IMG/VR virus record: IMGVR_UViG_3300045988_128743
Strand: one strand, 5' to 3'
Length of the DNA: 50,156 nucleotides
From: a virus
The first letter of the stretch is position 1. Each line of letters opens with the position of its first letter. A program made the position numbers and the translations under genes. The notes under the pieces are model-generated. The model was not told where the DNA came from. It was given only the letters and a program-made list of their open reading frames with translations, and searched no databases. Positions 8,331-16,600 of this stretch are shown piece after piece.

Positions 8331-9275
8331 ATGGCAAGACCGAAGAAACAAACAGTTGATTATTTCCCACATTTCGTCAAATGTGGGCGTACAATCTACA
8401 TCCTCGAAAACAGGTTCGGGAATGACGGTTATGCGTTTTGGTTCAAGCTCCTTGAGATACTCGGGGAAAGCGAGGGACATTTTTACGATTGCTCAAACTT
8501 ATCCAATTGGGAGTACCTTCTTGCCAAAACACGTGTTGAAGAAAAAACGGCACAGGATATTATCAAGGTCTTAATAAACCTCGGTAAGATTGATGCCGAG
8601 TTATGGGATGAAAACCGTGTTATATGGATTGAGAATTTTGTCAAAAACATATCCGATGTTTACAGAACACGGAATACTATGCTACCGGAGAAGCCATGTT
8701 TTGAGAATAAAAAACAAGCGGAACATGAGGTTTTCAGCGAGGAAACACATCAAGAGGAAGGGTTTTCTGCACAAGAAACACCTAAAGGAGAGGAGAGTAA
8801 ACCAAAGGAGAAAATAAAATATCCTTATCAGGATATATGCGACCTTTGGAACTCTATCTGTGTATCAATGCCCCGTGTTTTTAAGCTGAATGATGACAGG
8901 CGGCAGAAAATAAAGAGCCGTTGCAATGAGTGGGGCAAAACTCCCGAAGTATGGTTACAGACTGCAGAAGACATATTCAGACGTATGGAGGCGAGTGATT
9001 TCTGTAAGGGTAGCGCAGGATGGAAAGCAACATTTGACTGGCTTTTCAGCAACAGCGCAAACAGCATAAAGGTCATGGAGGGTAACTACGACAACAAACA
9101 GGGCGCACAGGCTGACAAGCCCAAGAATTGCAAGCTCGGAGTTGGAGAATACATCGACAAGGACGGGCGCAGGACATACGGTTCAGGTAAAGCCACCATA
9201 CCGCAGGACGCACCTCCAAGACCGGGCGAGAAATATTGTTGGGATGAAGCATCTAAAAATTGGATTTACTTATGA
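8331..9275 (+). CDS. DUF4373-like (Lin1244/Lin1753 N-terminal type) replication-associated protein
   Basis: 314 aa. The N-terminus VDYFPHFVKCGRTIYILENRFGNDGYAFWFKLLEIL matches the DUF4373 pattern as I recall it, and the gene lies between the helicase and the primase. Confidence 0.55.
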   Translation: MARPKKQTVDYFPHFVKCGRTIYILENRFGNDGYAFWFKLLEILGESEGHFYDCSNLSNWEYLLAKTRVEEKTAQDIIKVLINLGKIDAELWDENRVIWIENFVKNISDVYRTRNTMLPEKPCFENKKQAEHEVFSEETHQEEGFSAQETPKGEESKPKEKIKYPYQDICDLWNSICVSMPRVFKLNDDRRQKIKSRCNEWGKTPEVWLQTAEDIFRRMEASDFCKGSAGWKATFDWLFSNSANSIKVMEGNYDNKQGAQADKPKNCKLGVGEYIDKDGRRTYGSGKATIPQDAPPRPGEKYCWDEASKNWIYL

Positions 9276-11107
9276 TGAATTGGGATAAATACGGGATAAA
9301 GATACCTTACGGACGTACATCGGGCAATGTTAAGGTGCATTGCCCACAATGCCGTGACCAACGCCATGACAAGCGAGACAAAAGCCTTTCATGCGACCTT
9401 GCGACAGGTATGTTTAAATGCCATTATTGCGGCTTTAGCGGTTGCGCAAAAGAGCCGGACGAACAGGAGAAACGCAAGTGGATGGAACAGCAGCCTTGGT
9501 TCAACGAAGCTCCCATACGGAAACAAAAACCTGTGTATAAAAAACCTACCCACACCGGGAACACCTCCCTATCGCAAAAGGCTTTAGCTTGGTTTTCAGG
9601 AAGAGGGATAAGCCCGGCAACACTGACAGCCCTAAAGGTTACAGAGGGGCAAGAATGGATGCCTCAAAAGAACGGAAAGGCTAACACGATACAGTTCAAC
9701 TACTACCACAACGGAGAGTTAAAAAACACGAAGTTCAGAACCGGGGACAAATGTTTCAAGCTCGTATCGGGCGCAGAACTTCTCCCGTATAACATCGAAA
9801 GCATAAAGGGCTGTAAGGAATGTATTATCACGGAGGGGGAAATGGATGCGCTTTCGTTTTATGAGTGCGGACGACACGATGTAGTCAGTGTTCCAAACGG
9901 GGCAAACGCAAATCTTGACTATCTTGATGACTACATTGAGGAATATTTCGATGACAAGGAGACGATATTTATAGCTTCCGACACAGACACGAAAGGAGTT
10001 ATCCTCCGGGACGAGCTGATACGCAGATTTGGGGCTGAACGATGCCGGGTTCTTGAGTATGGCGAGGGATGTAAGGACGCTAACGAACACTTGATGAAAT
10101 ACGGACGTGACAGTCTATTGAAATGCCTTGCCAACGCTCCCGAAATAAAGCTGGAGGGAATTTTCACTGTTTCAGATTTCGAGCAATCCCTTGACGCCCT
10201 GTTTGAGTACGGTATGCAGAAAGGCGTAACAATCGGGCATGATAATTTCGACCGCCTGTTATCATTTGAGACCAAACGCCTATGTGTCGTTACGGGTATT
10301 CCCGGCTCGGGTAAATCAGAGTTTATTGACGAGATAGCCGAAAGGCTGAATATGCGATACGGTTGGCGTTTCGCATATTTCAGCCCGGAAAACGCCCCTC
10401 TTGCCTATCATGCTTCTAAACTGATAGAAAAGTTCACGGGCAAGAAATTCGACAAAGAACACCTTTCATTCGGCGAATACAAACAGGTTAAGCAGCACCT
10501 CGAAACAAACTTTTTCTTCATATCCCCGAAAGATAATTACAGGATAGACACCATCCTTGAACGTGCTAAGTTCCTTGTAAGACGGAAAGGTATCAAAGCA
10601 CTGGTTATTGACCCGTACAACCGTTTGGAGGACGAAAGCGAGGGGCAAAATGAAACGAAGTACATTTCAAAGCTGCTCGACAAGATGACGAATTTCGCAC
10701 AGCAGAACGACATTCTGATTATCCTGATGGCACACCCGACAAAAATGCCAAAGACGAAAGACGGGAAAATCGAAGTGCCTACCCTGTATGACATCAGCGG
10801 CTCGGCTAACTTCTACAATAAAACAGACTTCGGTATCACGGTACACCGGGACAGGGAAAACAACACAGTCGAAGTACACGTGCAAAAGGTGAAGTTCAGA
10901 CACCTTGGAGAGTGCGGAACAGCTCTTTTCAAATACAATCTGAATAACGGGCGATATACCCCGTACACAAACGGTATAGACCCTGCTTGGGATAATACCA
11001 ACCATTTACAGGAAGAAATGAAACAACGGTTGCAGGATGCAGAGGAGGCGGCTGTATTTGACTTTGATTCAATCATGCAAGCCCCCTATGAGGACTGCCC
11101 GTTTTAA
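9272..11107 (+). CDS. Bifunctional primase-helicase (Zn-ribbon + TOPRIM + DnaB/RepA-like P-loop)
   Basis: It has a Zn ribbon (CPQC...CHYC), TOPRIM (ITEGEMDALS, SDTDTKG), Walker A (GIPGSGKS) and Walker B-like (LVIDPY). The first ATG (9272) overlaps the upstream stop as ATGA; the ORF-track start at 9260 is TTG. Confidence 0.85.
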   Translation: MMNWDKYGIKIPYGRTSGNVKVHCPQCRDQRHDKRDKSLSCDLATGMFKCHYCGFSGCAKEPDEQEKRKWMEQQPWFNEAPIRKQKPVYKKPTHTGNTSLSQKALAWFSGRGISPATLTALKVTEGQEWMPQKNGKANTIQFNYYHNGELKNTKFRTGDKCFKLVSGAELLPYNIESIKGCKECIITEGEMDALSFYECGRHDVVSVPNGANANLDYLDDYIEEYFDDKETIFIASDTDTKGVILRDELIRRFGAERCRVLEYGEGCKDANEHLMKYGRDSLLKCLANAPEIKLEGIFTVSDFEQSLDALFEYGMQKGVTIGHDNFDRLLSFETKRLCVVTGIPGSGKSEFIDEIAERLNMRYGWRFAYFSPENAPLAYHASKLIEKFTGKKFDKEHLSFGEYKQVKQHLETNFFFISPKDNYRIDTILERAKFLVRRKGIKALVIDPYNRLEDESEGQNETKYISKLLDKMTNFAQQNDILIILMAHPTKMPKTKDGKIEVPTLYDISGSANFYNKTDFGITVHRDRENNTVEVHVQKVKFRHLGECGTALFKYNLNNGRYTPYTNGIDPAWDNTNHLQEEMKQRLQDAEEAAVFDFDSIMQAPYEDCPF

Positions 11108-11127
11108 CCATATAACAGAAAATAAAT

Positions 11128-11574
11128 ATGAAAACTTATGTATTGACACTTTCAAAGGTTTTTCCAAAAACCCACAAACGAGCAGGGGAACCAACAGGCT
11201 TTGACCTGCTGTTTACACACAATGAGTATTTTTACAAAATACACACAATCAGAGCGAATTATCCGCTCTGGGAACAGCGTATTTCAGAAATTCAGGCAGG
11301 ACGGGCTGTATTGTCTGTCAGACAATGGACAGGCAAGCCATACCGAAGCAAACAAGTTGTAATCGGAATACTGACAGCGAAAGACGGGGTCGGTATACAA
11401 ATGCTGAAAATTATTGACCTATTCAGACCTGCCATCATAAACGGGCACAAGGTTGAATTGCCTGTTTTAGCGGCGAATGACGGGTTATCGTTTAACGATT
11501 GGTATGAATGGTTTAAGGGGTATGACCTTAAAAGACCTTTGGCGATTATTCACTTTTCAGAATTCAGGTATTGA
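11128..11574 (+). CDS. Hypothetical protein
   Basis: 148-aa ORF on the operon strand. Confidence 0.5.
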   Translation: MKTYVLTLSKVFPKTHKRAGEPTGFDLLFTHNEYFYKIHTIRANYPLWEQRISEIQAGRAVLSVRQWTGKPYRSKQVVIGILTAKDGVGIQMLKIIDLFRPAIINGHKVELPVLAANDGLSFNDWYEWFKGYDLKRPLAIIHFSEFRY

Positions 11575-11813
11575 TTATGGCACGATTGAACATTGAAAGA
11601 CAGCAACGCCTCGAACCTACCCGAATTGAGTATGCGGTTAAGCGTATCGAGGAATTGGGCTACGAGGTTATTCACAGGGACAGCCAAATGATTAAGTTCG
11701 TCCACAAAGGACACCCGGTGTTCTTTTACCCGTACAGCGGATGGGCGACTGGGAAAACGATACAGGACGGACGGGGATTACAGAAACTTCTAAAACAGTT
11801 ACGACATGGGTAA
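11571..11813 (+). CDS. Hypothetical protein
   Basis: 80-aa ORF with a 4-nt overlap onto the upstream gene. Confidence 0.5.
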   Translation: MIMARLNIERQQRLEPTRIEYAVKRIEELGYEVIHRDSQMIKFVHKGHPVFFYPYSGWATGKTIQDGRGLQKLLKQLRHG

Positions 11814-12249
11814 ATGGGGAGAGATAAATCAAATCTGCGTGAAGATAACCATTCGCAAGGGCTGTAACGATTGGGAGGTTATCTATTACCGCAACAAGCT
11901 TCCGATGTGGATTGTCGAACAATGGCGGTGGTATTTTGACTACCTCGCCGCTCTCGTCAAGGTTAATAATCCACGCCTGAAAGTCGAACTGATAACCTGT
12001 GCGCAGACCTTGAAACAGGGACAGGAATATATCGAAGAAAAGAGAAAGAATCTCATACGAGCAAAGGAAACAAAGCTGAAAAGGCTTGAAAATACGCCCG
12101 TACAAGACGATTTATTCAACTATGCTAAGGATGAACGGGAAAAGAAGATACAAGCCGTACAGGGCGAAATAAACGCCCTTAAACGGGGAGAGTTTAATTA
12201 CTACGTTCCCGTAACATATATCAATAAAATCAAGAAATGGATAAAATAA
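11806..12249 (+). CDS. Hypothetical protein
   Basis: 147-aa ORF with an 8-nt overlap onto the upstream gene. Confidence 0.5.
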   Translation: MGKWGEINQICVKITIRKGCNDWEVIYYRNKLPMWIVEQWRWYFDYLAALVKVNNPRLKVELITCAQTLKQGQEYIEEKRKNLIRAKETKLKRLENTPVQDDLFNYAKDEREKKIQAVQGEINALKRGEFNYYVPVTYINKIKKWIK

Positions 12250-12250
12250 T

Positions 12251-12955
12251 ATGAACAAGATTTATTATTCTAATCAACCTATCATGTTACAAAGCTCTGT
12301 AACGGATGCTATTCCGGAAGAGTTATTCAAAAAGGACGTTATGGAAAGCACTCGGCTTATGATGGAACGTCTGACAACTGACGAACAAATGCGAGTGTCC
12401 TTTATCCCGTTGATAATAACACAGCTTGCATGGATGTATGCAGACAAGGCTATGGAATGTGCGGCAAGGGATAAAGTGAGTATTCTCAAAAAACTGAGCC
12501 GTACACTTAAACTGGTTCACAAAAAGTACGATGATGAACTGCGGCGTGACCTTGATTATAACCATCTGCAAAATATAACCCGGCAGACGGGAATGTGCGT
12601 TGAGGAAATGAACCGTGATTTGACAATACTCTATTTCTCTGTAAACCAAGAGTTCAAGAGAAGCACACCTGAATACCCATGTGACGAACAACGGACATAC
12701 GCTATAATTTCAACGCTTTTCATAGATCTGCTGAAAGCCCATAACCTTGAAATGGATAAACTGCTTGCTGACAGGCTGAACGACAGGAACCTTGCTCCAA
12801 GCATTGTTCCTCCACTGATACAGCAATTACGCAAAGGGATGGTAGCGTTTGCCGGGGTTGAAGGGAAATTCAACTACAAAGACCATAATGTAACACTCGC
12901 AATGTCGGTTATCCACAACAGGATAAAAAGCATTGAATTTTCACTATCAGACTAA
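12251..12955 (+). CDS. Hypothetical protein
   Basis: 234-aa ORF starting 1 nt after the previous stop. Confidence 0.5.
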   Translation: MNKIYYSNQPIMLQSSVTDAIPEELFKKDVMESTRLMMERLTTDEQMRVSFIPLIITQLAWMYADKAMECAARDKVSILKKLSRTLKLVHKKYDDELRRDLDYNHLQNITRQTGMCVEEMNRDLTILYFSVNQEFKRSTPEYPCDEQRTYAIISTLFIDLLKAHNLEMDKLLADRLNDRNLAPSIVPPLIQQLRKGMVAFAGVEGKFNYKDHNVTLAMSVIHNRIKSIEFSLSD

Positions 12956-13002
12956 TAATAAGTGATAAAAACATTAAGAAATTAGCACAAATTACCCTAA
13001 AG

Positions 13003-13182
13003 ATGAACAGGAAAGTAACCGTAAATGAAATAAGAGATTTCCTCGCAGCCGCATTAAGGCAGTTTGAACAGGGAAGAATATATGTTGAACGTGTCCGGGT
13101 AAAACGGACGGGAACAGGTGATGTACAGGACATTTACATAGACTACGAGGAAAGGGACATAACAGCTAACACCCCTAAATAA
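13003..13182 (+). CDS. Possible small ORF (59 aa), below the ORF-track cutoff
   Basis: ATG at 13003, translation MNRKVTVNEIRDFLAAALRQFEQGRIYVERVRVKRTGTGDVQDIYIDYEERDITANTPK, stop at 13180-13182. It fills an otherwise empty 300-nt gap. Confidence 0.3.
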   Translation: MNRKVTVNEIRDFLAAALRQFEQGRIYVERVRVKRTGTGDVQDIYIDYEERDITANTPK

Positions 13183-13258
13183 CAGGGTGATACATGAACG
13201 CAAATGTCCCGAACTTAACCAATAGAAACGATTGTCAAACCCATTAAACAGTAACAAA

Positions 13259-13615
13259 ATGGCAAATTACAGTATCAAGGCAGACCTCCTGAAAGTAAAG
13301 GGGGCTTTCGTAAAAGACCTAAAAGGAAAGACCGGAGCGGTTAAACGCTGCCTCATTATCCCGGTTGAAGACAGCGGTATGTTTCTCGGCGAAAAGGGCT
13401 GTTATCTTAACATGACAGCTATCGAAATGAGGGAAGCCAAATACAACGACACCCACTGTGTCAAGGTATCACTCTCCAAAGAACAGTACGAGGCGATGAC
13501 AGAAGAGGAACGGAACAACACTCCTATCATCGGCGGTATGCACGAGATTAAGGCGAACCCTAAACCCGTTGACACCTCTGCAGTAGTATCAGATGATGCC
13601 GATCTGCCGTTCTGA
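13259..13615 (+). CDS. Putative ssDNA-binding protein (SSB-like acidic C-terminal tip)
   Basis: 118 aa from the first ATG (the track start at 13232 is TTG). The C-terminus ...VVSDDADLPF mimics the canonical SSB tip D-D-D-I-P-F. Confidence 0.45.
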   Translation: MANYSIKADLLKVKGAFVKDLKGKTGAVKRCLIIPVEDSGMFLGEKGCYLNMTAIEMREAKYNDTHCVKVSLSKEQYEAMTEEERNNTPIIGGMHEIKANPKPVDTSAVVSDDADLPF

Positions 13616-13649
13616 TAAACACACAGGGCTATACGGCACAGGAGCAATT

Positions 13650-13669
13650 CGGGGAGAAATCCCCGTTTT
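13650..13669 (+). terminator. Rho-independent terminator
   Basis: cgggga-gaaa-tccccg followed by tttt. Confidence 0.65.
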
Positions 13670-13713
13670 GTTGTCATGGCTTTGTTTTAGCCCCAAATTC
13701 AAAACTTCTTTTT

Positions 13714-14088
13714 ATGGATAAACAATGTAACGTAAAGGCAAAGAAAAGCCGAAATACGGCGAAACAGCCACAAATAAGGGACGTTTTCACAATTATATGC
13801 CATACAGACCTGCACGTTGAGTGTGTCAAGGAGTACAAATTCCACCCGATACGTAAATGGCGGTTTGATTATGCGATACCAGAGTATAAGATAGCCTTGG
13901 AAGTTGAGGGCGGCGTATGGACTGGAGGTCGCCATACTTCATCAACGGGATTTCTAAAGGATATGGAAAAATACAATACCGCCACATTGATGGGCTGGCG
14001 TGTGTTTAGAACGACTCCCGATGAATTGTATAAGACAGCAACGATAAATTTGATAAAAACCGCAATTTCGGGCTGTTTTACCCCCTAA
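13714..14088 (+). CDS. PD-(D/E)XK-like endonuclease (Vsr/DUF559- or resolvase-like)
   Basis: 124 aa. The core FDYAIPEYKIALEVEGGVW...KDMEKYN resembles a D...E-x-E/K nuclease motif. Confidence 0.45.
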   Translation: MDKQCNVKAKKSRNTAKQPQIRDVFTIICHTDLHVECVKEYKFHPIRKWRFDYAIPEYKIALEVEGGVWTGGRHTSSTGFLKDMEKYNTATLMGWRVFRTTPDELYKTATINLIKTAISGCFTP

Positions 14089-14114
14089 ATATGCTCTTTT
14101 TTGCTCAAAATGTG

Positions 14115-14142
14115 ATTATTTTATAATCGTTTTCTAACTTTG
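14115..14142 (+). promoter_or_regulatory. Promoter: ATTATTTTATAATC box + TAACTTTG -7 box (methylase/packaging operon)
   Basis: 14-mer at 14115-14128 and -7 box at 14135-14142, 25 nt upstream of ATG 14167. Confidence 0.6.
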
Positions 14143-14166
14143 TAGCACATAACATAATTTGACGAT

Positions 14167-15717
14167 ATGAAAACAGAAACGGTACACCTGTCGCAGATAC
14201 AGGTAAACGGGGCTAATCCCCGTATCATCAAGGATGACAAGTTTGCGAAGCTGATAAACTCCATACTTGCGCTGCCTAAAATGCTCGAACTCCGACCTAT
14301 CGTAGTGGATAACACAATGGTAGCCCTCGGAGGAAATATGCGTTACCGGGCATTATCTGCCATAGCCTCAATGACAGCGGACGAAATCCGGGACAGGCTT
14401 AACTCAATAAGGGATTTTCAAAAGAAAACAGAAGCCGAACAGCAGTTACTCATTCAGTTTTGGGAAAAGTGGAAAGACAGCCCGAATGCGCCTGTTATCA
14501 AGGCTTCCGAACTGACGGACGAGGAACAAAGAGAGTTTATCATCAAGGATAATGTTGGCTATGGAGAATGGGATATGGATGCACTCGCCAACGAATGGGA
14601 TAACGAAGACCTCGAAGATTGGGGTGTGGACGTATGGCAGGAAGACAGCAGTTCCACAGGAGGAAGCGGAACAGGCGAAAGCTGCCCGGCAAAAACCACT
14701 TTAAACGACCGCTTTGTTGTTCCTCCGTTCTCTATCCTCGACACCCGTAAAGGCTATTGGCAAGCCCGTAAAAAGGCGTGGCGAGAGCTTATCGGGGATA
14801 TGGGCGAAAGCCGTAACGATACGCTTATAACAAACCCCGAAATCAAGTACAAAGACCTGTATCAGAAGACACGGCAGCACAGGGAGGAACTCGGATTGAC
14901 ATTCAAGGAATACCTCGAAAAGTATGTGCCGGATGATGTGAAAGAACGTGAGGCGCAGAAAGTTCTATCAGCTGGAGTGTCATTGCTTGACCCTGTTATG
15001 GCTGAAATAGTCTGCCGATGGTTCGGCATGGAAAACTGCAAGACATTTGACTGCTTTGCCGGAGATAGCGTGTTCGGTTATGTATCGGCACATCTCGGAA
15101 ATGAATTTGTCGGAATAGAACTGCGTCCCGAACAGGCTCAACTCAACAATGAGCGTGTGGAGGGCATGAACGCCCGGTACATCTGTGATGACGGACAGAA
15201 CGTGGCACAGCATATCGAACCGGAAAGCCAAGACCTTCTGTTTAGCTGTCCCCCGTACTTCGACTTGGAAGTGTACAGCGACCTACCGAATGATGCAAGC
15301 AACCAAGGCAGTTACGAGGACTTTATAGCGATACTCCGAAACGCATTCTCGGCGGCTATCGGATGTCTGAAAGAAGACCGCTTCGCCGTGATTGTAGTAG
15401 GCGATGTTAGGGATAAGGCAACGGGCTGTTATTATGACTTCTGCGGCGACATCAAAAGGATATTCAAGGATAACGGAGTAAACCTGTATAATGAGATTAT
15501 CCTCATAGAAACGAGCGCAAGTACAGCCCTAAGAGCTTCCCGATACATGGAGAGCCGCAAGGTAGCCAAGATGCACCAAAATATCCTCGTGTTCTACAAA
15601 GGAAAAACCAAAAACATCAAAAACAATTTCAAAAAAATAGAGTATGCAAGCGAAGATTTGGAACTTTTCAGAGTGGATTCAGGAAACGAACCCACAGAAG
15701 ATACGGCAAATGTTTGA
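14167..15717 (+). CDS. ParB-like N-terminal domain fused to a SAM-dependent DNA methyltransferase-like domain
   Basis: 516 aa. It has a ParB-N-like segment HLSQIQVNGANPRII...LGGNMRYRA, SAM motif I (DCFAGDSVFG...GIELRPEQ), and motif IV as LLFSCPPY, which is atypically Cys rather than D/N/S. Confidence 0.75.
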   Translation: MKTETVHLSQIQVNGANPRIIKDDKFAKLINSILALPKMLELRPIVVDNTMVALGGNMRYRALSAIASMTADEIRDRLNSIRDFQKKTEAEQQLLIQFWEKWKDSPNAPVIKASELTDEEQREFIIKDNVGYGEWDMDALANEWDNEDLEDWGVDVWQEDSSSTGGSGTGESCPAKTTLNDRFVVPPFSILDTRKGYWQARKKAWRELIGDMGESRNDTLITNPEIKYKDLYQKTRQHREELGLTFKEYLEKYVPDDVKEREAQKVLSAGVSLLDPVMAEIVCRWFGMENCKTFDCFAGDSVFGYVSAHLGNEFVGIELRPEQAQLNNERVEGMNARYICDDGQNVAQHIEPESQDLLFSCPPYFDLEVYSDLPNDASNQGSYEDFIAILRNAFSAAIGCLKEDRFAVIVVGDVRDKATGCYYDFCGDIKRIFKDNGVNLYNEIILIETSASTALRASRYMESRKVAKMHQNILVFYKGKTKNIKNNFKKIEYASEDLELFRVDSGNEPTEDTANV

Positions 15718-15922
15718 TGAATGGCTTCGGAAAGCCGGGTTCAATATCCTATGCTTTACCGACCATCATTTCAGCCCACAAGGTTATACGGCATTATGGT
15801 TGCTGACAGAAAGCCATTTTGCCGTACACACGTTCCCGGAGTTCGGGAAAACATATATTGAACTGTCAAGCTGCAACCTTGAATTCTACCAAGAATTTCT
15901 AAAACTGACTAAAGAACTGTAA
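15644..15922 (+). CDS. Minimal S-adenosylmethionine decarboxylase-like (pyruvoyl AdoMetDC/SpeH family) protein
   Basis: The segment FSPQGYTALWLLTESHFAVHTFPEFGKTYIELSSC matches the AdoMetDC self-cleavage core (E-S-H...H-T-x-P-E...C). The long form (ATG 15644) overlaps the methylase 3' end by 74 nt in another frame; the alternative ATG at 15710 overlaps by 8 nt. Confidence 0.6.
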   Translation: MQAKIWNFSEWIQETNPQKIRQMFDEWLRKAGFNILCFTDHHFSPQGYTALWLLTESHFAVHTFPEFGKTYIELSSCNLEFYQEFLKLTKEL

Positions 15923-15924
15923 CA

Positions 15925-16500
15925 ATGAGTAAAGCACAAGACAAGAAGCGAAACCAACTGAAACTTGCCCGGCTTGAGATAGTCGCACAGCTATACAAGC
16001 GTGGGTATAGCATACGAAAAATACAGTCGGAGGTCGTGAAACGGCTTGAACTGAAAACATACTCTTTGGCAACGGTACACAAGGACATCCAAACCCTCCT
16101 TGACGAGTGGAGGGAAAACCGCATAGAGGATATGGATGCAGCCCTGCAGCTCGAACTTGAACGCATAGATGACACGGTAAGGGAGTTATGGGAACAGTGG
16201 GAAAAATCAAAGACAGATTATACCAAGACTGCCCGGAAACAAAAAGGCTCTCCCACACGGGATAACCAAACCGGGCAAACATCCATACGAACCTATCAGA
16301 CTGAAAGGACAGAAACCGAAGTTATACGGCTTGGAGACCCGTCCTACATTTCAGAGATACGACAGCAGCTCGCAGAACGGCGCAAATTACTCGGTCTGTA
16401 TGCTCCGGAAAAGAAAGACATTTCAGGAGGGGTTTCGTTTACGTCATTCCTTATCGAAAGCGGAATGTTGGACGATGCAGAGCAACAGATATCAGAATAA
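15925..16500 (+). CDS. terS: Terminase small subunit candidate
   Basis: 191 aa. It has an N-terminal HTH-like segment (YKRGYSIRKIQSEV) followed by a coiled coil, and sits directly upstream of terL. Confidence 0.55.
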   Translation: MSKAQDKKRNQLKLARLEIVAQLYKRGYSIRKIQSEVVKRLELKTYSLATVHKDIQTLLDEWRENRIEDMDAALQLELERIDDTVRELWEQWEKSKTDYTKTARKQKGSPTRDNQTGQTSIRTYQTERTETEVIRLGDPSYISEIRQQLAERRKLLGLYAPEKKDISGGVSFTSFLIESGMLDDAEQQISE

Positions 16501-16571
16501 AGCGATTGCCGCCCCGACACGGGCTTTTCTTTTCATGAACGGATAAGTAAACCAATAATAAACGAAACAGC

Positions 16572-16600
16572 CAAATACGGCGAATCTTGATAAAATAACT
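16572..16600 (+). repeat. Conserved pre-ATG element copy b (CAAATACGGCGAATCTTGATAAAATAACT)
   Basis: Abuts the terL ATG. It is related to copies at 49861 (+), 29192 (+), 23140-23167 (-) and 21811-21840 (-). Confidence 0.7.

Noticed and set aside
13752-13775. AAATACGGCGAAACAGCCA, partially matching the pre-ATG element and the terL leader
   Set aside because: It lies inside the coding sequence of 13714-14088 and lacks the AAAAATAACT half and an adjacent start codon. It is noted but not counted as a copy.
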